Origin: Bugula neritina
Lineage: Eukaryota; Animalia; Bryozoa
DNA: 64,000 bases
NCBI GenBank assembly: GCA_964035545.1
Contig: OZ037767.1
Coordinates: forward strand, 18,444,259-18,508,258
Direction: 5' to 3'
The notes below the pieces were generated by a model. That model searched no databases. It saw only the letters and a list, made by a program, of their open reading frames with translations, and was not told the origin of the DNA. The position numbers and the translations under genes were made by a program. Shown one piece after another: positions 35,737 to 52,765 of this stretch; position 1 is the first letter of the stretch; each line of letters starts with the position of its first letter.

Positions 35737-36622
35737 TAGCACCCCTACTCTGCTGATTAGACTTGTAGTTCACAGGCTGCTAGTTGGCGGAATGTTTCTG
35801 TGTTGTCATATACTGTACATAAAGTGTAATAAACAAAGCATTGATAATTCTTTCTCTGTATTTCCTCTCTCAGTTGTCTTAGCTGATAATAAATTTTTTA
35901 TTTTAATCCTAAAACACTTTATTTGTACTCCTCAGCTTGCATCCCCTTCAAGCCACTCTACCAGTATATTACTGCATTATGTAATGTTTCACAGTTGCTG
36001 CTGTTGAACATGCCTAACGTATTATACCAAGTTTTAGCTATATCCATGGGTACAGTTGTTTTGTTACACTCTTGTTGGCATACCTGTATAATAACTGAAG
36101 TTTGAGTAAAGTTACCTGTTAAACCTTATGCTAAGAGATCTAAGAGTGGGCTGTATGATGCACCCCTCATCATGTTGGTAACATAGCCTGAGGGCTCACT
36201 GTAGCAGAAGACACCATAAACAAATACTTTGTTCCACTTCACCAATGAACTTGATGTTTGAAAAACTGAGCATGTCTGCTCTTTATCATATTGATACAAG
36301 TAAAAGCAAATATAAACTTTAATCTTTGCTCTCATTTGAAGGTTGCACCATGAATACATCTATTGATATGATGATACTTAAAGATTATATCACATGTAGC
36401 TTGCAGTGGGATATAAACTCTAACATTGCTTCAGTGATGTACTCACACTGATTACAACATCTTCAGCTGTGATTTCTATGAGCTGCTGTTGGTATTCCTT
36501 CAGCTAGAAGCCGTTGCTATCAGCTTCCTATCTTATGTTAGCATACAGGCAATAGACTGAGCTCCAACCCAGTACTAGATCTTCACATTAACTGAAAGAA
36601 GGAGATTAGGCAACCGACAGAT

Positions 36623-39574
<2,952 letters not shown>

Positions 39575-41191
39575 CAAACTTGTAATTTGTTGCAACTTTT
39601 TACACCGATATACATATCTCATCATTCACTTCACTTGACTAAAGTGTTATGTACCCAATACGGGTTTTGTGCATGAATTCATCTTTCAACAGAGATTTGA
39701 AAATCAATCATGAGTTTTTTGTCATACCATCAACTATAATGTAAATATTATAATTTATAATTGAACATTCAAATTAAAATAACATATTATTATAGTCAAA
39801 ATAATTCAAACTACATTTTTGTCTTAATTTTACAAAAATAGATTCCTTCAAAAATACATTGACAGCGTCATTATTTGCTTGTACATTATACCCATTGAGT
39901 CTATGTTTAACTCTAGGTGTTGAACTTATGCATAAATTAAAAACAATTTTGAGGTAATAACTCTCCAAAAACTTACAAATAAGCTTTTTGTTGATTGTGT
40001 CATCAAAATTTTAAGAAGATTTTTGTTGTTGTTCATAGAATACATACATGTTGATATCTTATTTTTCATTATGAGACTGTGCAGTTTTTTTCTTTAAACA
40101 AGATGTTATTAGTCAGCCTAATCATCAAACATTATTGATTTGCAAAACTGCTACTTGTTACAGTGTATACGCTGTAGATACTTTGCAACCTCAAGCTTTT
40201 AGTCACATTATTTGGCTTGAGCTCTAAAATTTTGAAAATGTGCATTTTACAAAGAGCTAGTTACACCAAACAATTGCACTACAACTTACAGCATAGCATA
40301 CGATGTAACAAAATTGGGTGTACACTAATTTGCAGCATTTTGGACAGTAAGTGACTAAACATACTATCTTCGTGCCATACTTATTTATACAATTTACAAC
40401 TTTGCTGGAGGCAGGTATAGCATATGCAACTCCTGAGCCATATAATAATGTGTAGCCTGTTTTTATTTTAAAGCTTACTAATAGAAAGACATTTTGAACT
40501 ATGCAATGTGAGGTTAGCAGTTTTGTTGTCATTTTTCACAACAATCCAAGTTATTGAAAGTAACAGAAACAAAACTGCATGGTATGGCATGTCAACAGGA
40601 CTTCAAGGCTCTGTAATCAATATTCTCCACTTTAAAGTATCCACAATTAACAAAAGTTATGCAATAATTAAAAGAAAACTATAAAACATAACAAACTGTA
40701 GAGAATTTTAGTTTATGTATATTAGAAAGGCAACTCCCACCCCAATACTCTATTACCCTAGCGTGCATCAAAGGTGATGCACTCAGCCTAATACAGCATG
40801 TATGTTACGCTACTGACGTTCAGGACAAAGGAATAGGATATAAGTAAGCCAATCATTGTGTTTTTAGCTTGACTAACTTGCACCAATCATCTGGGGTCGC
40901 TGTAATAAACACGGTTTACATTTCTTGTTATATAAGGTTTTATGGACTAGCGCAGAAAATTTCCATATCTAAATATTTTTAGCTACTTCCTTGGTGTGCT
41001 GCATAAAGTTCTACTTTAAACACATTTCCTAAGAAAAACTGGTATCATAACTTTAAAATATTTAGAAATTTAATTTATTGTAAGCAAACTGTTGTGAAAG
41101 TTTCAAAAGATTTTAAGCATTTTTCATTTTTCATTGGTGATTGCAGTCCTAATAGGTATATATATATACATGTATATATATACATGTATAT

Positions 41192-41272
<81 letters not shown>

Positions 41273-41323
41273 GTAGTGTGTTCAGATTGTTAATGATACA
41301 TATATACTTTTTTATTTAAAAAA

Positions 41324-41376
41324 TCTCACACGACTATATAGTTTCGTACAGTAAACTGCACTCGTCAGGTGTTAGA
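41324..41376 (-). ncRNA. Minimal type I hammerhead ribozyme, intact core
   Basis: - strand TCTAACAC-CTGACGA-GTGCAG TTTA CTGTAC-GAA-ACTATATAGT-C-GTGTGAGA: CUGANGA box, 6-bp stem II, GAAA, palindromic stem III, GUC site, stem I. Confidence 0.88.
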
Positions 41377-41602
41377 CTAAAAATAAATAAAATCTATGAA
41401 GCATACCGATTATTCAAATTTTTACATAAAGAAAACTATCATGCTAAACACAACGTAAAACGAAATGCAAACATAGTAGTGGATTTGGTGTTATCTATTA
41501 ATTAATTAAATTGCTCTTTTTCTAAAGGATTAGACTATAAAAGCTAGATGTTTGATGGAAAGGGTAATTTATAATTAAATTTCTGCAGCAGCTGTAACTG
41601 AG

Positions 41603-42102
41603 TAAATTTAAACAACATAATCAACAGCCACAATAAAAGATTACTCAACTCAGCAAACCAACCTCCTCGAGAATGTAACTGCAGAAACAGCACAGTGTGC
41701 CCACTAGATGGAAAATGCCTCACAAAGTGCATCATATACCAAGCTACAGTTACAACCAAAGATGGCAGCCAACCCCAGACTTACGTGGGAACATCAGAAA
41801 CAGAATTCAAAACCAGATTGTATAACCACAAATCAACTTTTAACAACAAAACAAAAAAGAACCATACTGAATTGAGCAAATATATCTGGAAACTAAAAGA
41901 CAAGAACACCCATTTTGACATAACATGGAAAATTATGAAAAAGACCAACTCATATAACAAAGTCACTAAAAGGTGCAACCTCTGCCTATGGGAAAAATAT
42001 TTCATAATATACCAGCCCAGCAAATCTTCCCTTAATAACAGAAATGAGATTCTATCCACATGCAGACATGCACGTAAGCACTACCTGGGCAACATCACAT
42101 AA
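41603..42102 (+). pseudogene. GIY-YIG endonuclease domain of the Penelope-like element (RT missing)
   Basis: NNIINSHNKRLL..CNCRNSTVCPLDGKCLTKCIIYQATV..TYVGTSETEFKTRLYNHKSTF..TELSKYIWKLK..CNLCLWEKYFII..LNNRNEILSTCRH, a typical PLE C-terminus. Confidence 0.92.
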
Positions 42103-42334
42103 CAATACTAACAATTCTCAACCATAGTACTATCTATTATAAATTACCCTTTCCATCAAACATCTAGCTTTTATAGTCTAATCCTTTAGAAAAAGAGCAA
42201 TTTAATTAATTAATAGATAACACCAAATCCACTACTATGTTTGCATTTCGTTTTACATTGTGTTTAGCATGATAGTTTTCTTTATGTAAAAATTTGAATA
42301 ATCGGTATGCTTCATAGATTTTATTTATTTTTAG

Positions 42335-42387
42335 TCTAACACCTGACCAGTGCAGTTTACTGTACGAAACTATATAGTCGTGTGAGA
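42335..42387 (+). ncRNA. Hammerhead ribozyme copy with G8C core change
   Basis: Same sequence as the 41324-41376 copy except CTGACCA (C at 42348). Confidence 0.8.
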
Positions 42388-42517
42388 TTTTTTAAATAAA
42401 AAAATATATATGTATCATTAACAATCTGAACACACTACATTATATTAGCTCTGTCACCCGTGATATCGAGCACTTTACTTTGCTGGAACTCCAACTAGAT
42501 TGACAATCAGCATACAT

Positions 42518-42623
<106 letters not shown>

Positions 42624-45600
42624 GTATGCTGATTGTCAATCTAGTTGTGTGTATATTAAAGTTTGGCTATGAGCATTAAATACAATATACTACTAACCTG
42701 TTCCTTACTGTGTTCCAAGTCCAAAAGGGTATTTAAAATTCTTGTTTTTGCTTTTTCTATAAAATTGCACCTTTTCCAGCAGCTAAAATATAGTTGAAAG
42801 TCATTAATTTTGTCTCAATGTATTTATTTAGTTGATGAGCTTCAATATTACATAAAGTGAAAATTTATATATGGTTGCTGTATATGCTAATATTTTATGC
42901 TGATGTAGTCACTTTTAGATAGAATTACAGTACCTATAATAATATATAGTCACTGCTATGTATGCCTTAGGAATCTAGCAAAAAAGTGAATTTTTACACC
43001 GAATAAAACCCCTTAAATTTGACATGAGCACTACTGAACTGTTGAAAGCTTATCAGCTCAAAATACTTTCTCCCAAAGAGAATATTGTAACACCGAGCCA
43101 AGGTGAAACAGTCTCAGCTGTCTTTTAAGCAGAAACAGCTTATGTACTCAACGTATAACACATTAGTCTTTTATTGAAGCTGCTTTACTTTAGCTGAATG
43201 CATTTACAATATATAGATTCATGTACAGGTGCGTTAAACGTATATGTGCCTGTCCCTATAAAAACCTTCAGTCTCTGTTGAGTCACTTTCTTCTGCATGA
43301 CTTTGTTATTTAAATTGAATAAAATTTGAAACTCTATTTTCAAAAGAAACTCCACAGCAAGCGAGAGCAACCTCTTGCCGTCTTGCTTTAGTGTGCTCGT
43401 TACCTGCAAATGCATATTAAAGTATAGATGAATGGCTAATGGTTTGTGGTATTTCATAGTAATAAATTGTAGGCCTAAACACGAGCATGAATGCTACCCT
43501 TGACCTACTTGGTAAGATGACATTGAAAAAAATTAGAGATAGAAGATCAATGTAAAACATTTCCATCATCAAGTATCAACCCAAAAAAGTTTACCTACCG
43601 ATGAAAATTTATACAAATAAAATACCATAATAATAAACAAAGTTCAAAATAAGGTACAAGTAAAAGCCTCATCAAAATCTTAAAACAACTTGGACATGCA
43701 GAGCACTACTCTGAAATGTACTATATACCATCATATTATACACAAAGAAATCTTCCTGTGCAAAACTAACCACAACCAACAAACCAATAATATCATAACC
43801 AATATTCAAAGCAATTTTAGAGTCTGCAGTCAAAACAGTTGTGAAAGGTGAGTTGGCTAGAAGACAACATGATTGCTAACAAATTATGGCACAACAGAAA
43901 TAGCCAATTACACATGCAGTGAAAAAGTTGCTACTAATCATAAAACAAAAGGAAAACTTGCAAATGTGTCAAAAATATCACGCAATTAGTTTAAGAAGTC
44001 ATTACTATAGCAAGGTTGTGCTCAGAATATTGCTGAAAAAGTTAAAACCTCATACTGAAATTATTTTTTCAGATGTCAAATATGTTTCAATTGATTGATG
44101 AAGAAATACCGTCAGCTATTATAGCTATTACCATGAATTCATTGGCGTTAAAAATGCTTTTGATCAGGTTATGTAACAACACAACGCATTCTTAAATTTC
44201 TTGGTCGCCTACATCAGTGATAACTTCGTATAAGCAATATGCAATTCCTATAAAAAGAACGCATAAAATGCAGGTTTTAAGGGCAACCATTTAAGTGAAT
44301 CATTTTCTACAATAATTGCTAGTGTGAAACAGGGCAGTCAGGTCATGTCAAAAAGCATAAATTGAAATGGATAACATTACATGACTTTACAAAAGCCATT
44401 GACAAGACAATTGCGCAAGGCATTGCGCCAAGATGCTAAAGACAAGGAGGTAAGAAAACTCCGAAAGAAGCATACTGGAATGGAAGATTAAAGAAAGGAC
44501 TGCCATAATAATATTGTCCTGTCATATAAAAACAAAAGATGATTCTGATGAATAGAAAATGTAGTAATGCTCTTGTATATAGTGTTTATATAAATGGCCT
44601 TGTCTGAGTACTAAGCACAGAATAAATTCTTAAAAAACATCTTTTCAAACCGATGGTTTAAAAAAATGTAAAACCCGTTTTGTTGTGAAAACTGTGATTT
44701 ATCTTCTATATAGGTCATAGTAGTCCAAACTTTGATGTACACTTATAGTAAAGTACATTGTTTAACTCCGATTTGCAAAACCTATTTTATATTTACGTAT
44801 GCAGGGAGAACAAGTCATGCAGTGTATATTCAGATTTGTCGCAGCAAAACACACAAACCTTTACACCTTCTTGCTCATACACAACATTAGAAAAATCTTT
44901 GAAACAAGACTTTGCAGCCATAGCTCTGGTAATTGAGAACTGTGTTTGATGATCTATGTTTCCTTAGAAAATTGCTACAAATAAGCAGAAGCTGCTAATT
45001 TAATTAATTATATAATTTTCTCATCAGATTTATTTAGCAAAAATTTCATTATTCTGTATGCTAATTAAAATGACAATGCCTTTATTAAATTTTAATAAAA
45101 GTCTGAATCTTCCTTATATAAACATAGAATAGGTAAATATTTTCAGTTTAAGTTTTTTTTGAAAATTTACCTAGTTATTATTGAGCTTATTTCCTATTTA
45201 AATTTATTAAAACATAATTTCATTTTAAAAAATATACCAAAACATATTAAATATGTTTTGTTGCATTGAGTATAGTTTGAGCTTTATGAGTTAATAAAGA
45301 TCAAACTATACCCAATACAACAAAAACTTAGTTGATACGTTTTGGTAATTTTTCTGCAATAAAACCAAGTTGTTATATTATTAGAGCAGAATAAAGTAAT
45401 GGAACTGGCATACTATAAGCAATTTCTCACCCATATCATATAGTGCAGCAACTATATAAATGTTTATTACAGTCTCTTCTTTTCATTGGGATGTACTTGT
45501 ACAAAAAACACCTACCAAGTTTAAAGGCATGTTGAAGAGTGCTCATGCACATGTAATCAAGTTAGTGAGATCATATAAAATGAAATGATAATCTATAAGA

Positions 45601-46407
45601 TAACGCAAAACACTGCAGATAACCCTATCGAAATTCATACCTCAAGAAACATCACTTAGTCAGAATTACATGGTATAGAGTGCATTAGTATATCTAGCAC
45701 AGCCACTATGCCTATGAGTATAACCATTTGAGAAGGGAGGGAGGGGAGAGCGCTGTAAACTGTTGACAATCTTAAGTATTTTAATTTCTAGATATTTGTT
45801 GACTGACTAACAAAGTGCAAAAAGATGCAAGCGAATCACAGGCATATAATACATAAGTTGGAATATATTCTAACAAAGATACACCAGCTTAGCTAGCATG
45901 CCTTTACTCAAATATAGATGTGTTTCTTCTAGTCCTTAAATTCAAATCACATAACATATTGTATAGGTTATTTGGCAGCGGTCTATTTTGCTGTCGTGCC
46001 CTGCTACATATACTGTGATGCCACATATAATGCTTTGAACTATTATGTCAACAAAATGTAAGTTATGTGCATCTTCAAATAAAAGAAAAACTATAGTAAA
46101 ATTGAATACAGCTAACTTTCCTCCTTTACTACTTTACTGTAGCTGCGCTGACTCACGTCATAACATTGACAGCCAACAGTCAACAAGCTATTGCAAAAAC
46201 CTTCCATCAAAAGCTTTAACCAAAACACTTTGTAATTGCAGCTATACTATTTGCTATATACTAGCTTTAATATTCAATATATATGAGTTTCTAGTAGCTG
46301 ATATTCAGTTGAAGGTCAGTCTTATTCATATGCTGCGTATTCCCTAATTACTGCTTTTCCATCAGCATAAGACCAATTGCATTAATAATTACAAATCATG
46401 CAGTTAT

Positions 46408-46824
46408 TGTAGTGAATTTCGCAATTCACTATATTATATGTGGGTCAACTTTAACAAAGCCACTACACCAGGTTGTTTACGCTAAGATAGTTTATTATTC
46501 ACAAGATACAAGAAGTTTTTTTTACTGCTAACATGAATAGAAACGATTACATATTTAGTGAGCTTTATACACAACTACTCTAAATGAAGTCCCAAGCTGC
46601 TCTGTCTGGCTAGCTACTCAGCGCGCTTCCACCACGAGTAGCTAGCTCCACCTGCTATCAATTAGAATGTCAGTCCTGATTGGTGGTTACTAGTGGTGCC
46701 ACTGCTGGCCATAGCTACAAGTCGCAGGAGGTCGATGTAGTCGATCTCCACAATAGTATACAATATAGAGTTGGCCCTTTCGATTAATAAATAACAATAA
46801 ATTGCACCACTGAAATCCATTACA
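46408..46824 (-). repeat. 3' LTR
   Basis: 417 bp, 5 mismatches to 53669-54085 by eye; preceded on - strand by purine-rich AGGTGTGGCGAG (imperfect PPT). Confidence 0.97.
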
Positions 46825-48236
46825 CTCGCCACACCTATCGAAAGGTACACTCTATGATTAATGCTTGCGTGACAACATTAAAAAATGAAAATGAAATAAA
46901 ATAAAAGATCAAAAAGCAAACAGGAATAAGAGAACACAAAATAACATAATCAAAGTGATTTACAATATTAGCAGGACGATCGATCCGGATCCGTCGCAGA
47001 GTCGAGTGTCTCTCACCAAATAATGTAAGGTAGCATGAACATAGTGGGGGAAGGAGAGGTACTGTATCACATTCACATAGTCAGAACCAAGCAATGGCGG
47101 CCTCGGGAAGCCCCCAGAAGAATCAAGCGTGGCAAAGGAATCTCCCCAAAGGGGGGAGAAGAAAGAGGGGGGTACGAAGGAATCTCCCCAAACGGGGGAA
47201 GATTGGAAAAGGGGGGTTGACTGGTCTTTTCCTAGGGGGTCGTGTCGAATACCAACATCCACACTCATCACCGTCAAATTCCCAAAGGAGGGAGTTGAAG
47301 ACTTCTTCATCTTGACTTTTATATTTAAGTATCACTTCATGCAGGAATCTTTAATATTACTTGTTACTTCTTATTATTTATTATACTGTTTTATTATTAT
47401 GATGTCGCTACGGGCGAAAAGAGAGAGGAACTACTCTGCCTAGTTGTATCCTTCTGGCAGTATTATTACATCGGTACGTCGTCGCCAGGAGAGGAGAGGG
47501 AAGAGCTACTTTGTCTAATGGCATCCCTTTTGAAGTAATGTTACGCCGATGCGTTGTCGCTAGGACGAGAAAGGGGAAGAACTCCTCTGTCAGCTGCCTC
47601 TCTGCACCTTATCATGGTGGGGGCACCATCCGCCACGATAGTCACCAGCATTGCTGTTATGGCGCTGCAATTAGAGTCCAGTCAAGCAGTCAGCATCGTA
47701 GTCGACAAGAATATGAGGAATGATGTGTGACTGTGCTACGGTGGTGCCAGGAAAAAGAATTATGCTCCGCCATTAAAGTCTCACCTGCAACAGAATGCCA
47801 GAAACTGTTGAAGGGGTTTGCACCTGTCAGTACGACACCTCGACTGAGTCTTGCAATCTGCTAACCACTGATTATTATTAAATCATGCGGTCGACTGCCT
47901 CACTCAAGTCATCAGTGAATCACCTGACTTGGGAAACCAGCTTTATCGTTATGATAAAGCGAGACTGATTTAAAGCTACCAGCTTGAATTCTACTTAAAT
48001 AATAGAATTATACTAGTAGACTTACCACAAGACAGCCCTGACGTTAGTCTGCTGCCCACTTAGGCTACGTAGTACGCCAGCCTGCCAAGTACATGCGTGC
48101 ACGTTGACAGTTAAAATAGAAAAGAACGCTCTTCGCAGTGAAAGTGATTAAATAATACCCCTTTCACTAGCGAGCTGGCTTCGCTCTTTTCTTTACCCCC
48201 GGTGGTGTTTTATATTTACACCACTAGGTAGGCAAC

Positions 48237-51200
48237 TCACAGTTGCGTCTTCTTATATTTTGGAAATGCAACTCTCAATTGCTCGTCCCCCCAGATTTCT
48301 TTTATGATAGCTGATGGATGTTTTTCCACTGCATCACACAAGAAATCCTTTAAATAAGATGGAGGCGCCCTAGTGCGTTGCCTACGCTCCAACTGCACTG
48401 GGGAATTTGCTACGACTCGTGACTCTTCCACCACGAGTGGTGTCGCCAGTACGGGTGGTCCTCCCCCAGCTGTCTTTTCCTCATGATTTTGAGGAATTTC
48501 CATCTCATCCGGGACGATGGGCCTGTCGACCGGCTCCACAGGTGGTGGGGCCGGCTCTGACAGGTCTTCTGGTGTGTCGGCCTCCTCCTCCTAGGGTGGA
48601 GGTGGCTGGGGCTGGTCAGGCGGCACGTCAGCCGCCCCGTCCTGATCTGGCAGTATCTCCTCAATCTCTATACGCCATGCCTCGCCCCCTCACAGGAGGG
48701 CATCTAGCGGGCTCTGAGAGAGGAGGTGCTTGACCTGCTGCATCAGGACTCGCCCAGTGAGGTTTCAGCCGTGCCTCGTTCTGGATCGACACTTGTCCAG
48801 ACCGTTCCACTTTATAGGTGTGATTTGGCATTACCTCAATTACGCAGTAGGGACCTACGAACTTCGGCTGCAACTTGGCTGCCTGTTCGCGCCGTCGGCG
48901 ATGACTGGTCATCCAGACCCAGTCTCCCACCTTATATAAGAGGGGGTCGTCAGAGTCACCACTTCTTACCTGCCACTGCTGCTCACGTAGCACCTCGTGA
49001 GCCGTCCGCATGCGTTTTACGAGCTTGTCCACGTAATTGTGGACGTTGCTCTCGGGAGCCGGAACATGATAGGTTACGTGCTCAGGAACCCTGGTTTCTT
49101 TCCCCAGCATGAGAAAATTTGGGGTCTCCAGTGTACTGGAGTGAGGGGTACTACGGTACGCTCGCATGATCTGCGGCAGCACCAAGTCCCACTCTTCCTG
49201 GCTCCTACCGATAAGCAGGCTTCTCAGAGAGTTCCCTAGCATTCGGTTGTTTCGCTCCACAACCCCGTTCCCTTGCGGGTGATACGGGGTCGTCCGACTC
49301 TAGTTTACCCCCCACATTTTACAGAGATCGCTCATAAGTTGCGACTGAAACTGGGCGCCTTGATCAGAGTTTATCTGCTCCGGCAAGCCGAAATAGCAGA
49401 ACACCTGCTGATCCAAGGCTCTGGCCACCGAGGGGGCCGACGCATCTGGAATAGCCAGTGCATCAGCCCACCGCGTGAAATGGTCAGTTAATACCAGTAT
49501 CCAGTTATTACCTCTCGCTGTTGTGGGCATGGGGCCTACCAGATCGACAGCAACTACCTGCCACGGACGACCGGCATGGAGGCGACGCCTCCCTGCGGTC
49601 TCAGTGGGGCGGCCATGCTTGCTAGCTTGGCACACCTCGCACTTCCGCACCCGGAGTCGGACATCCTGGGTCATACCGGGCCAAAACCACTGGAGTTGAA
49701 AACACCTGGTCACCCGGCTAGCTCCCGCGTGAGCTTGCCTATGGGTGTCCCAGATCAACTCCCGCCTCAGAGCGGACGGGCAGACTACCCTCTCTCATTC
49801 ACTGTGATTGGTGCCGACTGGCAACGTGATCGTTAGCAGCCCATCGCTGTTGAACCTGAGGGAGGCCCAGCGGTCACAGAAGTACTTAAACTCTGTACTC
49901 TTCACTCGCTGTTCGGTCTCACTCGGCCGCCGTCCCTCCTTCTTGGCCCGGACTAGGTCAGCTACCACCCCTGGTAGTGTAGCCTGGAGCCGACATAGCT
50001 CCCTGACGTTCCTGAGCAACGTGGGGTTTGCGTGAAGGTTGTTAACAGCTTCGTTGGGAGATTCGGACAGGAGTTGCCCTTCTTCCCAGCTGTATACACC
50101 CGCTTTCCCCAAATGCGCTTCAACGTCCGAGCGAGGGGGTCCACCGTCCCTGCGCTCAATATTCTGGCACTGCTTACACCCATCTGCCTGGCGGCGGCTG
50201 AGTCCATCGGCATTACCGTGTTTCTTACCGGGTCGATGTTCGATCCGATAAGAAAACTCTGCCAGGATCTCTAGCCAGCGCGCTACTTGGCTTGATGGTT
50301 CCGCCCGTCGACACAGCCATATCAAAGACGCATGATCCGTCCGCAGACGGAATGTGCGCCTATATAGATATGGTCTAAAGTGTTTGACCGCCTTGACTGC
50401 TGCCAAGAGTTCTCTCCTGGTTGTACAGTAGTTCTTCTCAGGCGCCGACAGGCCTTACTGTAGTAAGCCACCACCACCTCGCGACCATCTTGGACCTGCG
50501 ATAGCACAGCCCCCACATTATGGTTACTGGCATCAGTATCCAAAATGTACTCCTTCGCAGGATCAGGATACGCCAAGATGGGTGCTTCCACCAGGCGATC
50601 CTTCAGGTGGTCAAATGCCTTCTGCTCGGCCTGCGCCCACTGCCATCGCACCCCTTTTGCTGTCAGCCGATTTAACGGCTGTGCAATTCCGGCGAAGTCT
50701 GGTATGTACTGACGATAGCACCCTACCAGTCCCAGGAATGCCCGCAATTCAGGGAGGTCAACAGGGACAGCCCAGTCCCTCACAGCCCGTACCTTCTCGG
50801 GGTCGGTGGCGACTCCGTCTCGACCAGCTACATGGCCCAGGTACTTAACCTCGCGTTGCAATAATGCACACTTAGAGGGCTTGAGCTTCAGACCCGCAGC
50901 TCGAAGCCTGTCAAACACCTCCTTGAGTCGACTGACATGTGTGTCGAAGTCGGGGGAGATGACAATGACATCATCGAGATAGATGAGCAAGGTCTTCCAG
51001 TGCAGCCCACTCAGGACCTGCTCCATGAGTCCCTAGAAGATGATCGGTGCAGACGTAAGTCGGAATGGCAACACCTTCCATTTCCAGAGCTCATCCCGCG
51101 TTATAAACACGGCCTTGTCCTGTGCTTCAGGACTCAGGGGCACCTGCTAATACCCGCTTAGCAAGTCCAACGTGCTGAAGAACTTGCTACCAGCTAAGGC

Positions 51201-52765
51201 ATCGAGCGACTCATCGATCCTAGGGAGAGGGAAAGCGTCCTGGATGGTCACACTGTTCAGCCTGCGATAGTCAACGCAAAACCTCCAGCTACCATCCTTT
51301 TTCCGAACCAGGACGACTGGAGAACTCCAGGCCCCATGGCCTGGCTCAATCAGGTCCCGGTTCAGAAGGTCTTGCACCTGACGGCTCACTTCTCTCTCCT
51401 TCTCAGGACCTGACCGGCGGGTCGGCTGCCGAATGGGCGCCGCCCCGCCGCCAGGGGTATCTCATAACAGACAGTCTTAGTCAGACCCATGTCATGGTCG
51501 CCGCAACTAAACACGTCCTTGTACTCAGAGAGTAGCCGCGCCATCACCAGGCGTTCCCGCTTGCTCTCACAGCCATCACAGGCATCCTCGTACAACTCTG
51601 CTACGTGTTCAGGCACCGGCCCCCTGCCGTCTCTAGTGGGTACCCCACGGGCTTCGTCTGCCGTCTCCAGCGTGGGCCCTACATCCTCCTCCTGTACGAA
51701 GTGGAACTTCCCCACTAGAGACCCAGCCGGCAATTCTACCGGCTCCGTGAAAGGGTTTACGAACTGGACTAGGAACTCCCCCTGCTCATCCAGCTTGTTC
51801 AGACTGTTAGCGAGCTGGACGCCCCCCAGTGCACCTTCCACCACTCCTAACTCGAAGATTTCCCTACAGTTCACTCTGCAGCGAACTGTAGCCCGGGAGC
51901 GCCCAGGTTTAGTGCAACGCTGTACCACCTGCACTCCCCCCACCAAGGGTCGGCCAAATCGGTCGACACAGGCCAGCTCACACCTAGCCATCACTACTGC
52001 CGACTTGCTAAAGTCGATGTAGCACCTGTGTCGCTTCAGAAATGGCATGCCCAAGATGGCGTCCTCCTTGAGTTGACTGACGATGAAGGTCTTGCTGATC
52101 GTCTGATCACGGACTCTACCAGTCAACTGGATTACCCCATAGAAAGGAATACACGACCCGTCCGCCAACGTGCCGTGTTCCCCTTCATATGGCTCTAGGC
52201 TAGCCCTGTCCCTGGCACTGAGAGTGTCGAATAGACGCCGACTCAGTAGATTTGTGGTGCACCCAGTATCCAATAGGAATGTGACAGCTTTGCCAGCAAG
52301 TTTGCCGGGGAGGAAATAGCTGCTTCCATATGGTTGAGCGCTCACTGAGCGGTTCGTCTCTTGAGGCGACACCTCATGTGCATGGAGTTGGGGATGCACC
52401 AGTGCTTTTCGGTTGCGAGGGGGTCGTCGACGTTGCGTGGGCAGGCAGGTTACGTCTCGGTCTCGCTCACACACGGGCGGCCAAGTGAATTCTCGGACTG
52501 ATGCTCGTGTGGGCAACCGAGAAAAATCCCTGTTTTGCTCCCACTCGTCGTTCACTCCCTCATCAAGCAAAACTTCAAAGCGGTTTTTGAGTGCCTAAGC
52601 CGGAGGTTTTGGTGGGCCTTGCGGCCTGCTAACTCTCCTTGGAGCTTGCCACTCTGGCGAAGGCGGCCTCCTCACCCGGTGGGGTTTGGGCCTTGGCCTC
52701 TGCCTTGGGAGGTTAAACTGGGGCCCACGGTTGGCGGAAGTTACCGTGAGCTGTTGCTGTTTAAC
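48237..52765 (-). pseudogene. pol: Gypsy pol (aspartic protease, RT, RNase H, integrase)
   Basis: LLDTGC; WRFCVDYRRLN; LIYLDD; LDTDAS; TDHASL; HHCC (HRQAH..CEVC); VAVDLVGP..SDQGAQF..GVVERNNR; KLQPKFVGPY. In-frame TAG at 52595, 51147, 51033, 49300, 48591; frameshifts near 51430, 50455, 49790, 48670. Confidence 0.95.

Noticed and set aside
43185-43457. 90-aa - strand ORF with an acceptor-like site
   Set aside because: No recognisable motif and no exon partner in phase.
46960-47723. Short ORFs at the env position of the Gypsy element
   Set aside because: No signal peptide, furin site or fusion-protein features; short and overlapping.
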